Positions 11,301 through 22,935 of a DNA stretch of 50,608 nt are shown here, one piece after another. The notes beneath the pieces were generated by a model that worked only from the letters and a program-made list of their open reading frames with translations, was not told the DNA's origin and did not search any database. A program made the position numbers and the translations under genes. Origin of the DNA: Octopus bimaculoides (lineage: Eukaryota); NCBI RefSeq assembly GCF_001194135.2, contig NC_068984.1, forward strand, positions 16,946,664 to 16,997,271. Reading direction: 5' to 3'. Within the stretch, counting starts at the first letter, position 1, and every line of letters starts with the position of its first letter.

Positions 11301-12014
11301 CAGTAGTCCTCAACCGTGGTCCATATGACCCCCTGAGAATCCACGTAAGATTTTTTAGGTCTATGCAAGCAAATTAGTAAGTTTTGGGGGTCTATGCAAG
11401 CAAAATATTTTAAAAGACCGTAAAAAATTTTGCTTTAGATGTATTAGTGTAAGAAATAGCTTAGTTTCTTTCTCAAACGTTTTACGTAGTTCAAACTATA
11501 TAAGTGAATATGGAGGAGGGGGGGGGGGAAACAGGTACTTTGAAAGACGCATCTATAAAACTAGTTTTTAAATATTGAATGGCTATGAGGGTCCAGTAAT
11601 GTAAAATAGTAATCAAAAGGATCCAGCATCATCATCATTGTTTAACGTATGCTTTCATGCTGGCATGGGTTGGACGGTTTGACTGAGGACTGGCAAGCCA
11701 GGAGGCTGCACCAGGCTCCAATCTGATTTGGCAAGGTTTCTACAACTGGATGCCCTTCCTAATGCCAACCACTCCGAGAGTGTAGTGGGTACTTTTTACG
11801 TGCCACCATCATGAGGGCCAGTCAGGTGGCACTGGCATCGACCATGCTTGAACAATGCATTTTGTGTGCCACTGGCATAGGAACCAGTTTGTTGGGACTG
11901 GCATCGACCACACTCGAATGGTACTTTTTACGCGCCAGTCTAACAGTACTGGCATCGCCCACGACAATGATTTCACTTCACTCAACAGTTAAAAAAAATG
12001 GCTGAGAACCATGG
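11301..12014. mobile_element. hAT-like MITE interrupted by an RTE-type retroposon (~11627-11985)
   Basis: Ends cagtagtcctcaacc / ggctgagaaccatgg resemble the TIRs of the MITE at 28570-28740. A (CAT)n-tailed family B insert lies inside. Confidence 0.6.
11627..11985 (-). mobile_element. RTE-related non-autonomous retroposon, family B, (ATG)n tail
   Basis: catcatcat-gtttaacgt...ccatgctggcatgggttggacgg...gatgcccttcctaatgcc recurs many times in the window. Confidence 0.7.
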
Positions 12015-12444
12015 ATCTGTATCATAAAAACTTATTGCTGCAAAATTTCACCAATCTGTAGATATGTTCAAAAGTGTGAGGTAACATTATATTCTAGTCC
12101 AAGAAAAAAAAAACCAACAGTGAAAGAAGACTGTCCCATGGGCAGCCTTCAATATTTTTCATTGGTGGTGCTCCAGCATGTCTACAGTATTTGGGCTGAA
12201 ATGTACGAAAGAATAAAGAGCGGATAAAATATTTTTACTAATTTTTAGGTGCAAAAAATGGAGGTTGCATTATATTTGAGATAGCATTTTCCTCATAAAA
12301 TATGATTTTTTTTTCAAACGTTTATAAAATGTCGTTTTTTTTTTCCTCATTAGGGTTGTTGACAGCATAACTCTCACACTTGTTACATTATGTTAAAAAT
12401 TTTGATTATGTATTCGATTTCATCCCATTCTTTTATCTATTTGT

Positions 12445-12775
12445 TTATTTGTTTCAGTCATTTGACTGTGGCCATGCTGGAGCACCACCTTAAAGAAATT
12501 GGCCCCAGAACTTATTCTTTGTAAGCCTAGCACTTATTCTATTGGTCTCTTTTTTCCAAACTGTTAAGTTATGGGAACCTAAACACACCAGCATCAGTTG
12601 TCAAGCAATGGAGTGGGGACAAACACACACACACACACACAAATATATATATATACACAAACACCCACATACATGACAGGCTTCTTTCAGTTTCTGTCTA
12701 CCAATTCCATTCACAATGCTTTGGTCAGCCCGAACCCGGAAGCAAGCTTCTTACCACATAGCCATACTGCAATAC
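12445..12775 (-). mobile_element. tRNA-derived SINE, family A
   Basis: Same consensus as 6555-6921, with an internal deletion. Confidence 0.75.
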
Positions 12776-13184
12776 AGCACCTGCTTAATGTTTTTAAAAG
12801 CAGTACACTCGAACGCATCTTATGACACATAGAATATTATAGTAGATATGATCATCAATTGTTTAATGTCCACTTCATGTTTTTATGAGCTGGATAGAGT
12901 TTATTGAGGTAGATTTTTACAAATGGAAACCCTTCTGGTTGCCAACCATCAACTGTTTCCAAGAAAAGTTTCACCATGGCCAGACATGTTTTTCACAGAA
13001 GACTAGAAACAAACAGCGTCATTTACAACCATCATATGATGTCAATACAAGGGCATACAGGCACGCATGTACATACATGCATACAGATGACAAGCGTCTT
13101 CCAGGTTTTTGTAACTCTCCTTAGAATTGTAATTAATTTGAATCCTATTTTCTGTATATAAAATTCAGGCATATTTAGACTTTA

Positions 13185-13224
13185 TTATGCTGATGAAATC
13201 AGAATGACTGAAATATGTCCACAG
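13185..13224 (+). ncRNA. Degenerate minimal type-I hammerhead ribozyme motif (Penelope/retrozyme type)
   Basis: TTATG-CTGATGA-AATC(AGAAT)GACT-GAAA-TATGT-C-CACAG. Core is intact; stems I and II each carry a mismatch. Confidence 0.55.
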
Positions 13225-14031
13225 TCGTCTCTTGTCCGCAAAGATCACTGTTTGCCTTTCATGTAAATTGAGAAATTTATTCTGAAATACTTGAAATTAT
13301 CTGCCCTTTTCTCTGAGAGTTGCTACCAATTGCTGCTACTAGGTTTTTGTTTTCTATCTCTAACTCAGAGAAATTTTAATAAATCAAAAATTTTACAGAC
13401 AGCATTCAGTACATCACCCTTTAATTTAAGTATAAAATGTATTATTTGATACATTTCGAAATAAATCTTTTAATATTGGAGTAACAATAAATTGTAATTT
13501 GTTTCTTAGTAGTTCCAGCCTTTTTTATGCTGTATGAATATCACAGAAGAACATTTAAATGGAGTTAAGTCAAAAAGAATCTCTACACAAGTGCTCAACC
13601 TGCTAGAAATAACACTCTCATGTTTTATAAAAAAAGATAAATTGAACAATGTAGTTCTAGATATATAAAGAGATGGGATGATCATGACTTGGAATGTATT
13701 TGATCACTGGGCCTTTCAGTCAGAGCTGACTTGGGAGCCATACAAGCAACAACTAAAAAGGGACACAGGCATGGCTGTGTGGTAAGAAGCTTGCTTCCCA
13801 ACCACATGGTTCCGGGTTCAGTTCCACTGTGAGGCACATTGGGTATCTTCTACTATAGCCTCTGGCCAACCAAAGCCTTGTAAGAGGATTCGGTAGATGG
13901 AAAGTGAAAGAAGCCCATTATATATACATTACACACATACACACACAAGCAAAAAATGTTAAGGTGAGAAAAAAATAGTAAAGGTAGAGTAATATGCTTT
14001 TATTATAGCTGCAAAATTTTCTCAAATTTTT

Positions 14032-14034
<3 letters not shown>

Positions 14035-14108
<74 letters not shown>
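14035..14108. repeat. (TA)n microsatellite
   Basis: About 37 perfect TA units. Confidence 0.95.
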
Positions 14109-14109
<1 letters not shown>

Positions 14110-14111
<2 letters not shown>

Positions 14112-14236
14112 GGGTGTCAACAAAGTCTGGGTACATGAGGATTAACACATACTTTAAGAAATTATTATTTCTTATATTTAATTGTTTATGTTATGATTTT
14201 ATTTACTCCATGTACCCAGACCTTGTGGACACCCTG
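14110..14236. mobile_element. Tc1/mariner-type MITE (127 bp)
   Basis: TIRs cagggtgtcaacaaagtctgggtacatg / catgtacccagaccttgtggacaccctg, followed by TA. Confidence 0.75.
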
Positions 14237-14572
14237 TATATGCATACATACATACATAAATGTGTGTATCTTTGTATGTGTGTGCCCATCCCTGCTTGAC
14301 AACTGGTGTTGGTTTGTTTATTTCCCCATAACTTTGCAGCCTGGCAAAAAGCAACTGGTAGAATAAGTACCAGACTGCAGCCCAATGTCTGAAACAAGTA
14401 AAAAATAAAAGATTATAACATTGATGTAGGTAATAATGGAATGTGGGAAATAAAGTAGAATTATGGAGGAGGTACAGAACTAAAATTCTAATTGTTAACC
14501 ATTATGTTAGCCATTTTCTCTGATATTGTTTCGTTACATTTTTTTCCATACATTTCTATTCTTTTTATGAAG

Positions 14573-14881
14573 AGTATGGTTGCCGTTGACATGGATTTCA
14601 ATCAACTGGAAGCTTTCTTGACATCTCAAATTAAAAAGGCTGATAGTGGAATGAATGAAGAACGAGCTAATGCTGTCCGTAAGTTCTGGAAGAATCAAAG
14701 GAACAAAATTCATGACGTTCAAGTTCAACAAACACAATGGAACAGTTGTTTGAAGCAAATGTCTTGGAGAATTGATTTAAAATCTCAAGCAAGACACATT
14801 GAACAAATTGATAAACCTACAGCCATTGTAGAATTAATGGTTTCAAGTAATTCACAGACCACAGATGATGAAAGTAAAAAG
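14573..14881 (+). CDS. COMMD1: COMMD1 exon 2 (103 codons)
   Basis: ag|SMVAVDMDFNQLEAFLTSQIKK...KFWK...QMSWRIDLKSQARH...PTAIVEL...KK|gtaaat. The DMDFNQLEAFLT motif is characteristic of COMMD1; phase 0-0. Confidence 0.95.
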
Positions 14882-14954
14882 GTAAATTGTCATTCAATAT
14901 ATTATTAGACTATGTTGAATAAACTGCTGTTGGTAATTGAAATATGAGAATAAA

Positions 14955-15480
14955 TAAGACTAAAGTCTCTGAGTGGATTTGGTAGAAGGAAACTAAAAGA
15001 AGCTCCCATCATACATATATGTGTATATATTTGTGTGTTTGTGTCTGTGTTTGTCCCCCACTACCATCACTTGACAACCAATTTTGGTATGTTTAAGTCC
15101 CCGTAACTTAGCGGTTCAGTAACAGAGACTGATAGAATAAGTACTGGGCTTACAAAGAATAAGTCCTGGGGTTGATTTGTTCAACTAAAACCCCTTAACC
15201 CATTCGTTACCGTATTTATTTTGAGATGCTCTGTGTTTCTTTCAATTAATTTCAAATATAACAAAGAATTTAGTAAAAATAACTTAGATATCATTAAGTT
15301 AGGGATAAAAACATAAATCGTGACTAAAGTTTGGTGGAAGATTTAATTCAAAACTTATGAAAAGAAAACATTTGTACTACAGAGCCAGAGGCGGTTTCAG
15401 CCGGTTTGGTATTGAAAGGGTTAAGGTGGTGCTCCAATATGGCTGTGGTCAAATGACTGATGCAAGTAAAAGAACAAAAG
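14955..15480 (+). mobile_element. 5'-truncated family A SINE split by a piggyBac MITE
   Basis: SINE consensus stops at ccccTTAA (15198) and resumes at TTAAggtggtgctcc (15421). Confidence 0.7.
15199..15420. mobile_element. piggyBac-type MITE (222 bp) with TTAA target-site duplication
   Basis: TTAA at 15195-15198 and 15421-15424. Ends CCCATTCGTTACC / GGTATTGAAAGGG form imperfect CCC-terminal TIRs. Confidence 0.8.
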
Positions 15481-15690
15481 AAAAGAATGAAAGAATATTT
15501 CTGGCATGTATTATTATTAGCTCTGATCAAGTAGAACTATGATTCTTGATGTTCTAACAGCTGTCAGTATTTTTTAGGAGCATAATGTATATATTGTCAT
15601 TACTTTGAAAAAACTTTTCATATTTTCAGCATCTGTTTGAAAAACATTCACGTAAAAACAAGATTCTAATATATTTAATTCATTTTCCAG

Positions 15691-15792
15691 GCTAAAGTAT
15701 TTCATTTTGAAATGGATGACAAGAAATTAGACCAAGTTCTAAGCAATCTACACGAGATCAAAGAACAGATTTCCAATCACAGTCAGCAATAA
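15691..15792 (+). CDS. COMMD1: COMMD1 exon 3 (33 codons + stop; total 192 aa)
   Basis: ttttccag|AKVFHFEMDDKKLDQVLSNLHEIKEQISNHSQQ*, the COMM-domain C-terminus. The three-exon, phase-0 layout matches vertebrate COMMD1 as I recall it. Confidence 0.9.
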   Translation, partial: AKVFHFEMDDKKLDQVLSNLHEIKEQISNHSQQ

Positions 15793-17147
15793 TTATATTT
15801 AATTAAAAGAACTTAATTTTGATAAGACTTTGTTTATATTTGTTGTAAAATAACCAATCATTTGTATATTTCCCTCATTCATTAGAAACAATTTATTCCA
15901 TCATCCTTGAGTTTTGTTATCTTTTCAATTTGTTTTTTGTAACATTTCTTTGTATCTATCATCATTAAATAACAACCAAAAAACTATTGACAGCTGAAGC
16001 TGTTCTGTTTTCTTTTTAAGAAGAAAATTAGGAGTTTATTTTCTCAATGATTGATTGTGCAATTGTTATTGAAATGAAAGTACTCAAGAAGAATTACTGA
16101 GTGAAAGAACAGTTGTGGACAAATTCCAAGTTTCTAAAAATATTTCTGACAAAAATCTGTTCAGATATCATGGACAACACATAAAAATGCAACTACTTCT
16201 TGAATTATTATATATTCTTTTATGTTTGTTTAGAGGGTTAGTACTGAAATAAATAGGTAACATTAAAAAGTACATTGTATATCTTTTATATACTTATATC
16301 TGGACTGTTTAGGAAAGGGAAGTCCTGACTAAAAGAAAATCTAGTATAGAAATTTGAACTTGTGTAACCTTCCACTTAATACCTTTATGATTGCATTTCA
16401 CTCAATAAACTTTATTATTTGCAAAGGAAGATTAAGTAGACATTGTGAAAGTAAGCTGAATTTGAATTTTGGTGAAGCTCCTCACATACTTTGGATTTCA
16501 ACGAAGCTCCTCTCACACTAAACTGTAGCATACTGCTGTTGTAAACAATAATAATACTGCAAAGTTGACAACTGATTTACTAATTTGCAGTTCTGAATTC
16601 AAGTCCTTTTGCAGGCCTGGGAAAACATTCCTCTGTGTTCTTTATAGGGAAGATAGGATTTTCAATGGGGCATCAATGATCCAAGTAGTTACAGTGGAAG
16701 ACACTTAACCAAGGTACCAAGCAGTGGAACTGAACTCAGAACCATGTGGTTGATAAACAAACTTTTTACCACATAACCATGCCTGATAAAGCAAAACAAA
16801 AAAGAAAACAAATAATAACTCATACACACAAATCTTATTTTATTTTTAAATGGTCATAATGACCATCCTCATTAAGTCATTGGTATAGTTTGGAAGACTT
16901 TTGGGATTTTCATGTAATATATTAAAAACAAGTTAGCTTGGTAGAATTCACTTCTCTCACAGTTATTCACAACAGCAAATTTATAAAAAAGGTTCATCGA
17001 TTCATTGTATGTTTGTTATTGCATGTTAGCATAGGTGAAATTAATATATTGTTGAAGCTGACAATTTTTGATGAGAAATTAGAATATCATTGCTTTGTAG
17101 ATTACTATTTCAGAGAAGCAGAGATATAAAAACATACACACTTCATC

Positions 17148-17422
17148 ATCATCATTTTAATGTCCTCTCTTGTATTCTCACATGGGTCGGATGGAATTTG
17201 TTGATAATTTTCCCTTGTCACCAGTTTCCAAGCAAGCCGATATTTCCCCATGACCAGACATATTTTCACAGGGAGTGGTTGGCGTTAGGAAGAGCATCCA
17301 GCTGTAGAAACTCTGCCAGATCAGATTGGAGCCTGGTGCAGCCATCCGGTTCACCAGTCCTCAGTCAAATCGTCCAACCCATGCTAGCATGGAAAGCGGA
17401 CGTTAAATGATGATGATGATGA
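17148..17422. mobile_element. Family B retroposon pieces
   Basis: (CAT)n-started piece followed by a plus-oriented piece ending catggaaagcggacgttaaat(gat)n. Confidence 0.6.
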
Positions 17423-18499
17423 TTGGAAACAATGAACACTGCTTGTATGATGGTGACACTCATTTACAACAATCACAATTCATATACATATGCATATACA
17501 TTAAGAAAGGCATCTAGCTGTGGAAATAATCCAGGCTGGATCCATCACTGATATTTTAATTATTTTTTTTTAACTAAACAGTTTGAAACTTGGTATGCTG
17601 GTGCAATTTCTCGCACTGAACACGGTTTACTTTCAACATTTTTGAGAAAATTTCATATTTTAAAAGTTATTTCATGTTGAAGTTGTCATATTTGGATAAT
17701 TTTAACCAATCAACAATGTGTATTCAGTTGAAGAAAGCTACTGCTGTTTGTGATAGTAATCGAAGAGGAACAACTTCCAGGTCATCTCCACTAAATGTCA
17801 CCACTCTGCTCTATTTGTATGTCAAGCGAAGGGAAAGTGTTGCTCCTTGGTCATAGCTGACACAAAAGAGAAGCTTTTGGCCACAAGAAAGACGATGCCA
17901 CCTTTATCTATTCTTTACTCTTTTCCTCTCTACTGGCAGACAGCCACTTATACACTATCAACTACCAAACAGTGAATGAACTTGTCACTACCACTACAAC
18001 TACTACATCTCTAACTACATGACAGACAAACAAATAACTATATGTAAATAATATTTCTTCCTTCTTGGTGTTGATTCTTTGATGTTTACTGGTTACTCCA
18101 ATGCGAGAACCCCCAAAAAATAAAAGCGTGTAATATGCAACACAGGCAGTAGCTTTCTTCAACAACTTTAAACATGAAATAACTTCTAAAACATGAAATT
18201 TTGTCAAAAATGTTGAAAGTAAACCATGTTCAGCATGAGATATTACACCAGTATACGAAGTTTCAAACTGTTTAATTAAAGAAAAATCTGTGATCAAAAC
18301 TGAACAGATCCATAACGCCGAAGCTCGATGCAGTCCTCTGGTTTGCCAGCTCATGTTGAACAGTTCAATCCATGCCACAATGGAAGACATGTTAAAAAGA
18401 TGCTTGCTCAAGGTTCTGCATAGTGAGACAGAACTTGAAGTATGTAACTGGAAAGTGAACATCTCAACCACACAGCTATACCCACAAAAACTTTTAGTG

Positions 18500-18762
18500 C
18501 CCCCCCCCCACTGCTGGTGGCATGTAAAAAGCACCATACAAGCATGGTTGATGCCAGTGCCACATGACTAGCCTCTGTGCCGGTGGCACGTAAAAAGCAC
18601 CCACTACACCCTCAGAGTAGTTGGCATTAGGAAAGGTATCCAGCTGTAGAAACCTTGCCAGATCAGACTGGAGCCTGGTGCAGCCTCCTGGCTTGCCAGT
18701 CCTCAGTCAAACCGTCCAACCCATGCCAGCATGGAAAAACAGACGCTAAATGATGATGATGG
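18500..18762 (+). mobile_element. Family B RTE-related retroposon
   Basis: ggcacgtaaaaagcacccactacac...gcatggaaaaacagacgctaaat(gat)n. Confidence 0.7.
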
Positions 18763-18904
18763 AGATTGGAGGTTGTAACTTTCATGCCTTTGCAATAGAA
18801 GATAAGCAAAGTTAAATATGAACCCATTTTGCTTGGAACTTATCTCCATTTTATGACACTTGCTTGAGTAATCAACCCTTTAAGTATATCTCTTATCTTG
18901 CTTC

Positions 18905-19272
18905 CGTCATTAGACTGTGGCCATGCTGGAGCACTGCCTTGAAGAATTTTTAGTCAAAGGAATTGACCCAGTACTTTCTTTCTTTTTTTGCTAAATCTGG
19001 TACTTATTCTATGGGTCTCTTTTGCTGAACCTCCAAGTAATGGGGACTTAAATACACTAACACTTGTTGTCAAGAAGTGGTAGGGGACAAACACACACAC
19101 ATATATATTTATATACAACAGGCTTCTTTCAGTTTCCATCAACTAAATCCACTCACAAGGCTTTGGTTTGCCTGAGGCTATAGTAGAAGACACTTGCCCT
19201 AGGTGCCACATAGCAGGACTGAACCTAGAGCCATGTGGTTGGGAAGCTAGCTTCTTATCATGTGGCCATGCC
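18905..19272 (-). mobile_element. tRNA-derived SINE, family A
   Basis: Same consensus as 6555-6921. Confidence 0.75.
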
Positions 19273-19373
19273 TAACTAATATTGAGAATGCTATGGACAC
19301 TATGAAATTTGTGAAAATTAGCATTTCAGAATTGAAATTTTTATACTTTTCAAACATTCATATGACAATCAGA

Positions 19374-19795
19374 TTCTCCAGGCCTACTTTGTTCATCACA
19401 TGACCAAGAAATCTCAGGTACCTGGCCCTTATCTCATGAAGCGGTTTCCTATTTACTGCAGCTTGGGTCATTACTTCATTTGATATTTTGTCTGTTTAAT
19501 GGAGAAGTGATGACATGAGCTGCAGGAAACAGGAAACTGCGCTGTGAGATAAAAGAGGGGTCAAGCAACTGACATTTCTTGGTCATGTGATGAAGAAATT
19601 GGGCCTAGAGAAGAATTTAACAATGACTGAAAAGATTGAAGGGAAAAGATGCAGAGGAAGGGTGATATGGATATCAAGCTTGATGAAATGGTGAGAAAAA
19701 AAGAGGCATTAAACATCAGGAAGGGGAACTGTTACAGAAAACAAAGATTACCTATGTCCTATGTTAAATGGACATAGCATCCAAAAGAAGGAGAA
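19374..19795 (+). mobile_element. RTE-clade LINE 3' fragment with a fold-back inverted duplication
   Basis: Plus strand encodes KQLTFLGHVMKKLGLEKNLTMTEKIEGKRCRGR, an RTE ORF C-terminus. 19374-19477 is an inverted copy of 19504-19612. Confidence 0.7.
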
Positions 19796-20433
19796 TGACA
19801 ATCAGAAATACTAATTGATTGCTTCCATTAAAATGGTTATTGACAACATGCATACATTAAAGATTAAATTCAATTACAATTCCTCATTGTTATCAGTTTA
19901 AAATGAAGGTATTAAAAAAAACCCCATCAAGCCAAGTTTGAGTTATTTGCCCTTCTTACTATTAGAATTGTCTTACTCAAATATAGCAGCAACAATTTCA
20001 AACTAAGCATAAATCTAACATGAATTTGTTTGTTAATATAATTTCAAAAATTACTTATTTTAAATTATTTTCGTATACTAAATGAAATTAAATTTCGTAT
20101 TCATGCACTCATATGTAATCTAAATAGTAATTAAAAAAAATTAGTTCCTTTCCTTTCAGGCCTTGTCAAACCACTGGTGGACGAAAGCCTCATCATTGCC
20201 ACTGCCAGTTAATCTATGCTGGTTGTAGACTTATCTGTTCATGATCACCAATTACAGATGGCCAAGATTAATCACTCAAATATAGATAGTCCTATATTTG
20301 GGTGATTAAACTTCACCACTGGTACCACAAAAATTAGTTTTAGTAAATCGTCCTTTCACATACTAGGAGAGTCTTTTTTTTTTAGTAATTTTATTAAAAA
20401 AATATATTTGATTTTTTTTTATTATTTTACAAT

Positions 20434-20805
20434 TCACTTTACAGATCCAGAACCATATCGCAATTCTTTTTCAAATTGTTCTGCAGTAAATGTTCCATCT
20501 AAACGTTCACAGTCAGGATTGAACACTGAGTATGCACTGGGACCAGTTTTCTTTTTGGAACCAGTATTAGTATTTTTGTAAATAAAAATAAAAGCTGATA
20601 CAATAAAATAAACAGCTCCAAATCCGATTTCAACAAAGAATCCCCATAAAATTAGCCACAGAATTATTTTGAGAATAAACAAAGCCCTTGAGATGGTTAC
20701 ATTTGTGGGGGGTTCTGCTTTCAGTTCAGATACAATATTTTCTTCATCATCTTCCAGTGGGATTGTAGACATGCTATTTTCATCAAGTGGTTTAGGAGGA
20801 AGGAT
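20434..20805 (-). CDS. SAYSD1: SAYSvFN domain protein 1, exon 2 of 2
   Basis: ttcag|ILPPK...KIILWLILWGFFVEIGFGAVYFIVSAFIFIYKNT...GPSAYSVFNPDCERLDGTFTAEQFEKELRYG*, containing the signature SAYSVFN motif. Confidence 0.95.
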   Translation of the reverse strand: MLPPKPLDENSMSTIPLEDDEENIVSELKAEPPTNVTISRALFILKIILWLILWGFFVEIGFGAVYFIVSAFIFIYKNTNTGSKKKTGPSAYSVFNPDCERLDGTFTAEQFEKELRYGSGSVK

Positions 20806-21632
20806 CTGAAATGAAAATAAGTATTGAATTTTTAATTTAGAATTCTGTCTTCTCACCTCAAAGGCAAATGAGGATCAAAAGCATGGAACAACACTTGCAG
20901 AACTATGGAATAAAAAGCACTAGGAATAGTAGTATTGCCTGACACAGTAAATAAATGTAAAATAATAGACATTAACCTAAAGGGGTTAGAATTTACTAAG
21001 AAATAAAAATAGCCAAAAACTAATTTGGTGAATCTATATCATGGACAAATAGCTATTACAGTATATGTAATTTTAATAATTCTCCAAATGTGGTACATTT
21101 TCTATTGAATAATTAATCTGGATACTAAATTATCTGTCTCTACTGATTTAAAGTAGATAGATCTCTGATGTGTTTGACAATGGGGATTCAGTTGTTCAGT
21201 CAACTAATTTATATCTTTCAGATAATTCTCAAGCAATAACAGCACAAGATTGAACCTTTGATTTATAAGTATAATAGGCTTCAGCACAGTTTCTTTCTAT
21301 CCAATTTCACTCCCAAGACTTGAGTTGACCTTAGGCTATAGTAAAAGAAACACTTGCTCAAGATATCTCATAGCACTCATGGTTATGATGCAAACTTCTT
21401 AATCAAATAAACATTCGATTGTATTCAGTATTTAGTTGATGTTGTATGTGGGTCTTAACTAGCCAGTTAGTAGGAAGGTAGTCCCAAAGTGAGATTATCT
21501 ACCCATTGCAGTTGTATGTCAGGGACTGAAGAGAATTCTGTTCTTTGTGGAAGATAGCTGAGACCTTGATCCTGATTGCACTGGGTCATACTACCACAAG
21601 CTGTCCATATGATTATCTGTAGTGTCAGATTA

Positions 21633-22002
21633 CGAGGGTGAGTCAAAAAGTAATGCCATTTTGTTTAGAACAGGTATAATTACCAACACAGGAATATGTA
21701 TCATACATCAAAATGAAGCTGGTCCTCTGTGGATCACATACCTACTTCTCAACATAGTCACCATTTCTCTCAATAGCAATGTTCCACCTTTGAATGAGAG
21801 CATGTATCCTTGCCCCGTAAAATTCTGTTGACTGTTTTTTGAGCCACTTCTTCACTACAGTTTTCACTTCCTCGTCACTGGAATAATGTTTGCCTCTCAA
21901 ACCCTCTTTCATGGGGCCGAAGAGATGATAGTTCAGTGACGAGGAAGTGAAAACTGTAGTGAAGAAGTGGCTCAGAGAACAGAATTTTACGGGACAGGGA
22001 TA
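21633..22002. mobile_element. Mariner-derived fold-back element, right arm truncated
   Basis: TA + cgagggtgagtcaaaaag TIR. Minus strand encodes the mariner C-terminus YHLFGPMKEGLRGKHYSSDEEVKTVVKKWL...RWNIAIERNGDYVEK. 21796-21889 is inverted at 21934-22002. Confidence 0.85.
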
Positions 22003-22897
22003 TTTATTTACTGACAGCAAGCCACAGCAGAGAATCAGGCCCCTGAACTCACAAGGGCTCCGAGAAACAGCCCAGTATAATCAGGCTTTATGATGGCACC
22101 GGTTACTGCTTTTATAGTGTTCATTTTTCAGGTATCGTTTGTCAAGAAAGGTTTGAAGGCGAAGGTAAAGAATACGCACACCCGGTGTTTAGGGTTACTC
22201 CGAAAACGGGTGGTGTGCGTATTCTTTACTTCCGCTGGTTTGAATATCTTGATTATCTCTGCTCAATGTTATCGCCAATTCAATCACTTTGTTGGATTGG
22301 TAGACTATGCCTATGTCGTCTGTTGTGTTCAAATTTAAGGGATTTTACTTCAGAAATATCACTGCCCAGGATCATCACGTTGTTGTGCGAAGTTCCTCAG
22401 TGACCCCATAGGCGAAGTCATCTACGATTCAGTCATGCTGAACCGATAGAAAAGAAGTGAAAACGAAGAGGGATTCAAACCTGAGTCCCAGCGAGGACAT
22501 CAGTCCTACTCCTGAATTCATATCGTCAAAAAACCACGAGTCAATGAAGAGTCTATTCGGTTCCTCGACTTGCTAGGAATAGCAGTCTATCTCAAAACTC
22601 AATACGTTGTGTTAACAATGTAAGGGCAGGTTGGATAATGCAGTCGAAGATAAATTAAATAAGATGATTACGGCTAGAATACCTTTGAATCATAGTTCTG
22701 TGAGCAGGATTGACTTAGAGCACCAACTATAGAAGTGGAGCTTCAGTTTTGTTGACAAAGCAAAACAGGGAGAAAAAATGCGCTAAAACACACAAAAATC
22801 ACTTCCAATTTATTAAACACAAAGAAAGAAGGGCCAGAAATTAAGGTTAAATACATTTTAGCGACTTGAAATTTTGGGTGTCACCTTTTATGTTTTC

Positions 22898-22900
<3 letters not shown>

Positions 22901-22931
<31 letters not shown>
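22901..22931. repeat. (TA)n microsatellite
   Basis: Perfect TA run in the SAYSD1 intron. Confidence 0.9.

Positions 22932-22935
<4 letters not shown>

Larger units (their letters stand above)
13765..14400 (+). mobile_element. tRNA-derived SINE, family A, with a nested MITE
   Basis: Head ggcatggctgtgtggtaag...ggttcagttcc. The body continues after (TA)n and the MITE with cttgacaactggtgttgg...gaataagtacc. Confidence 0.7.
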
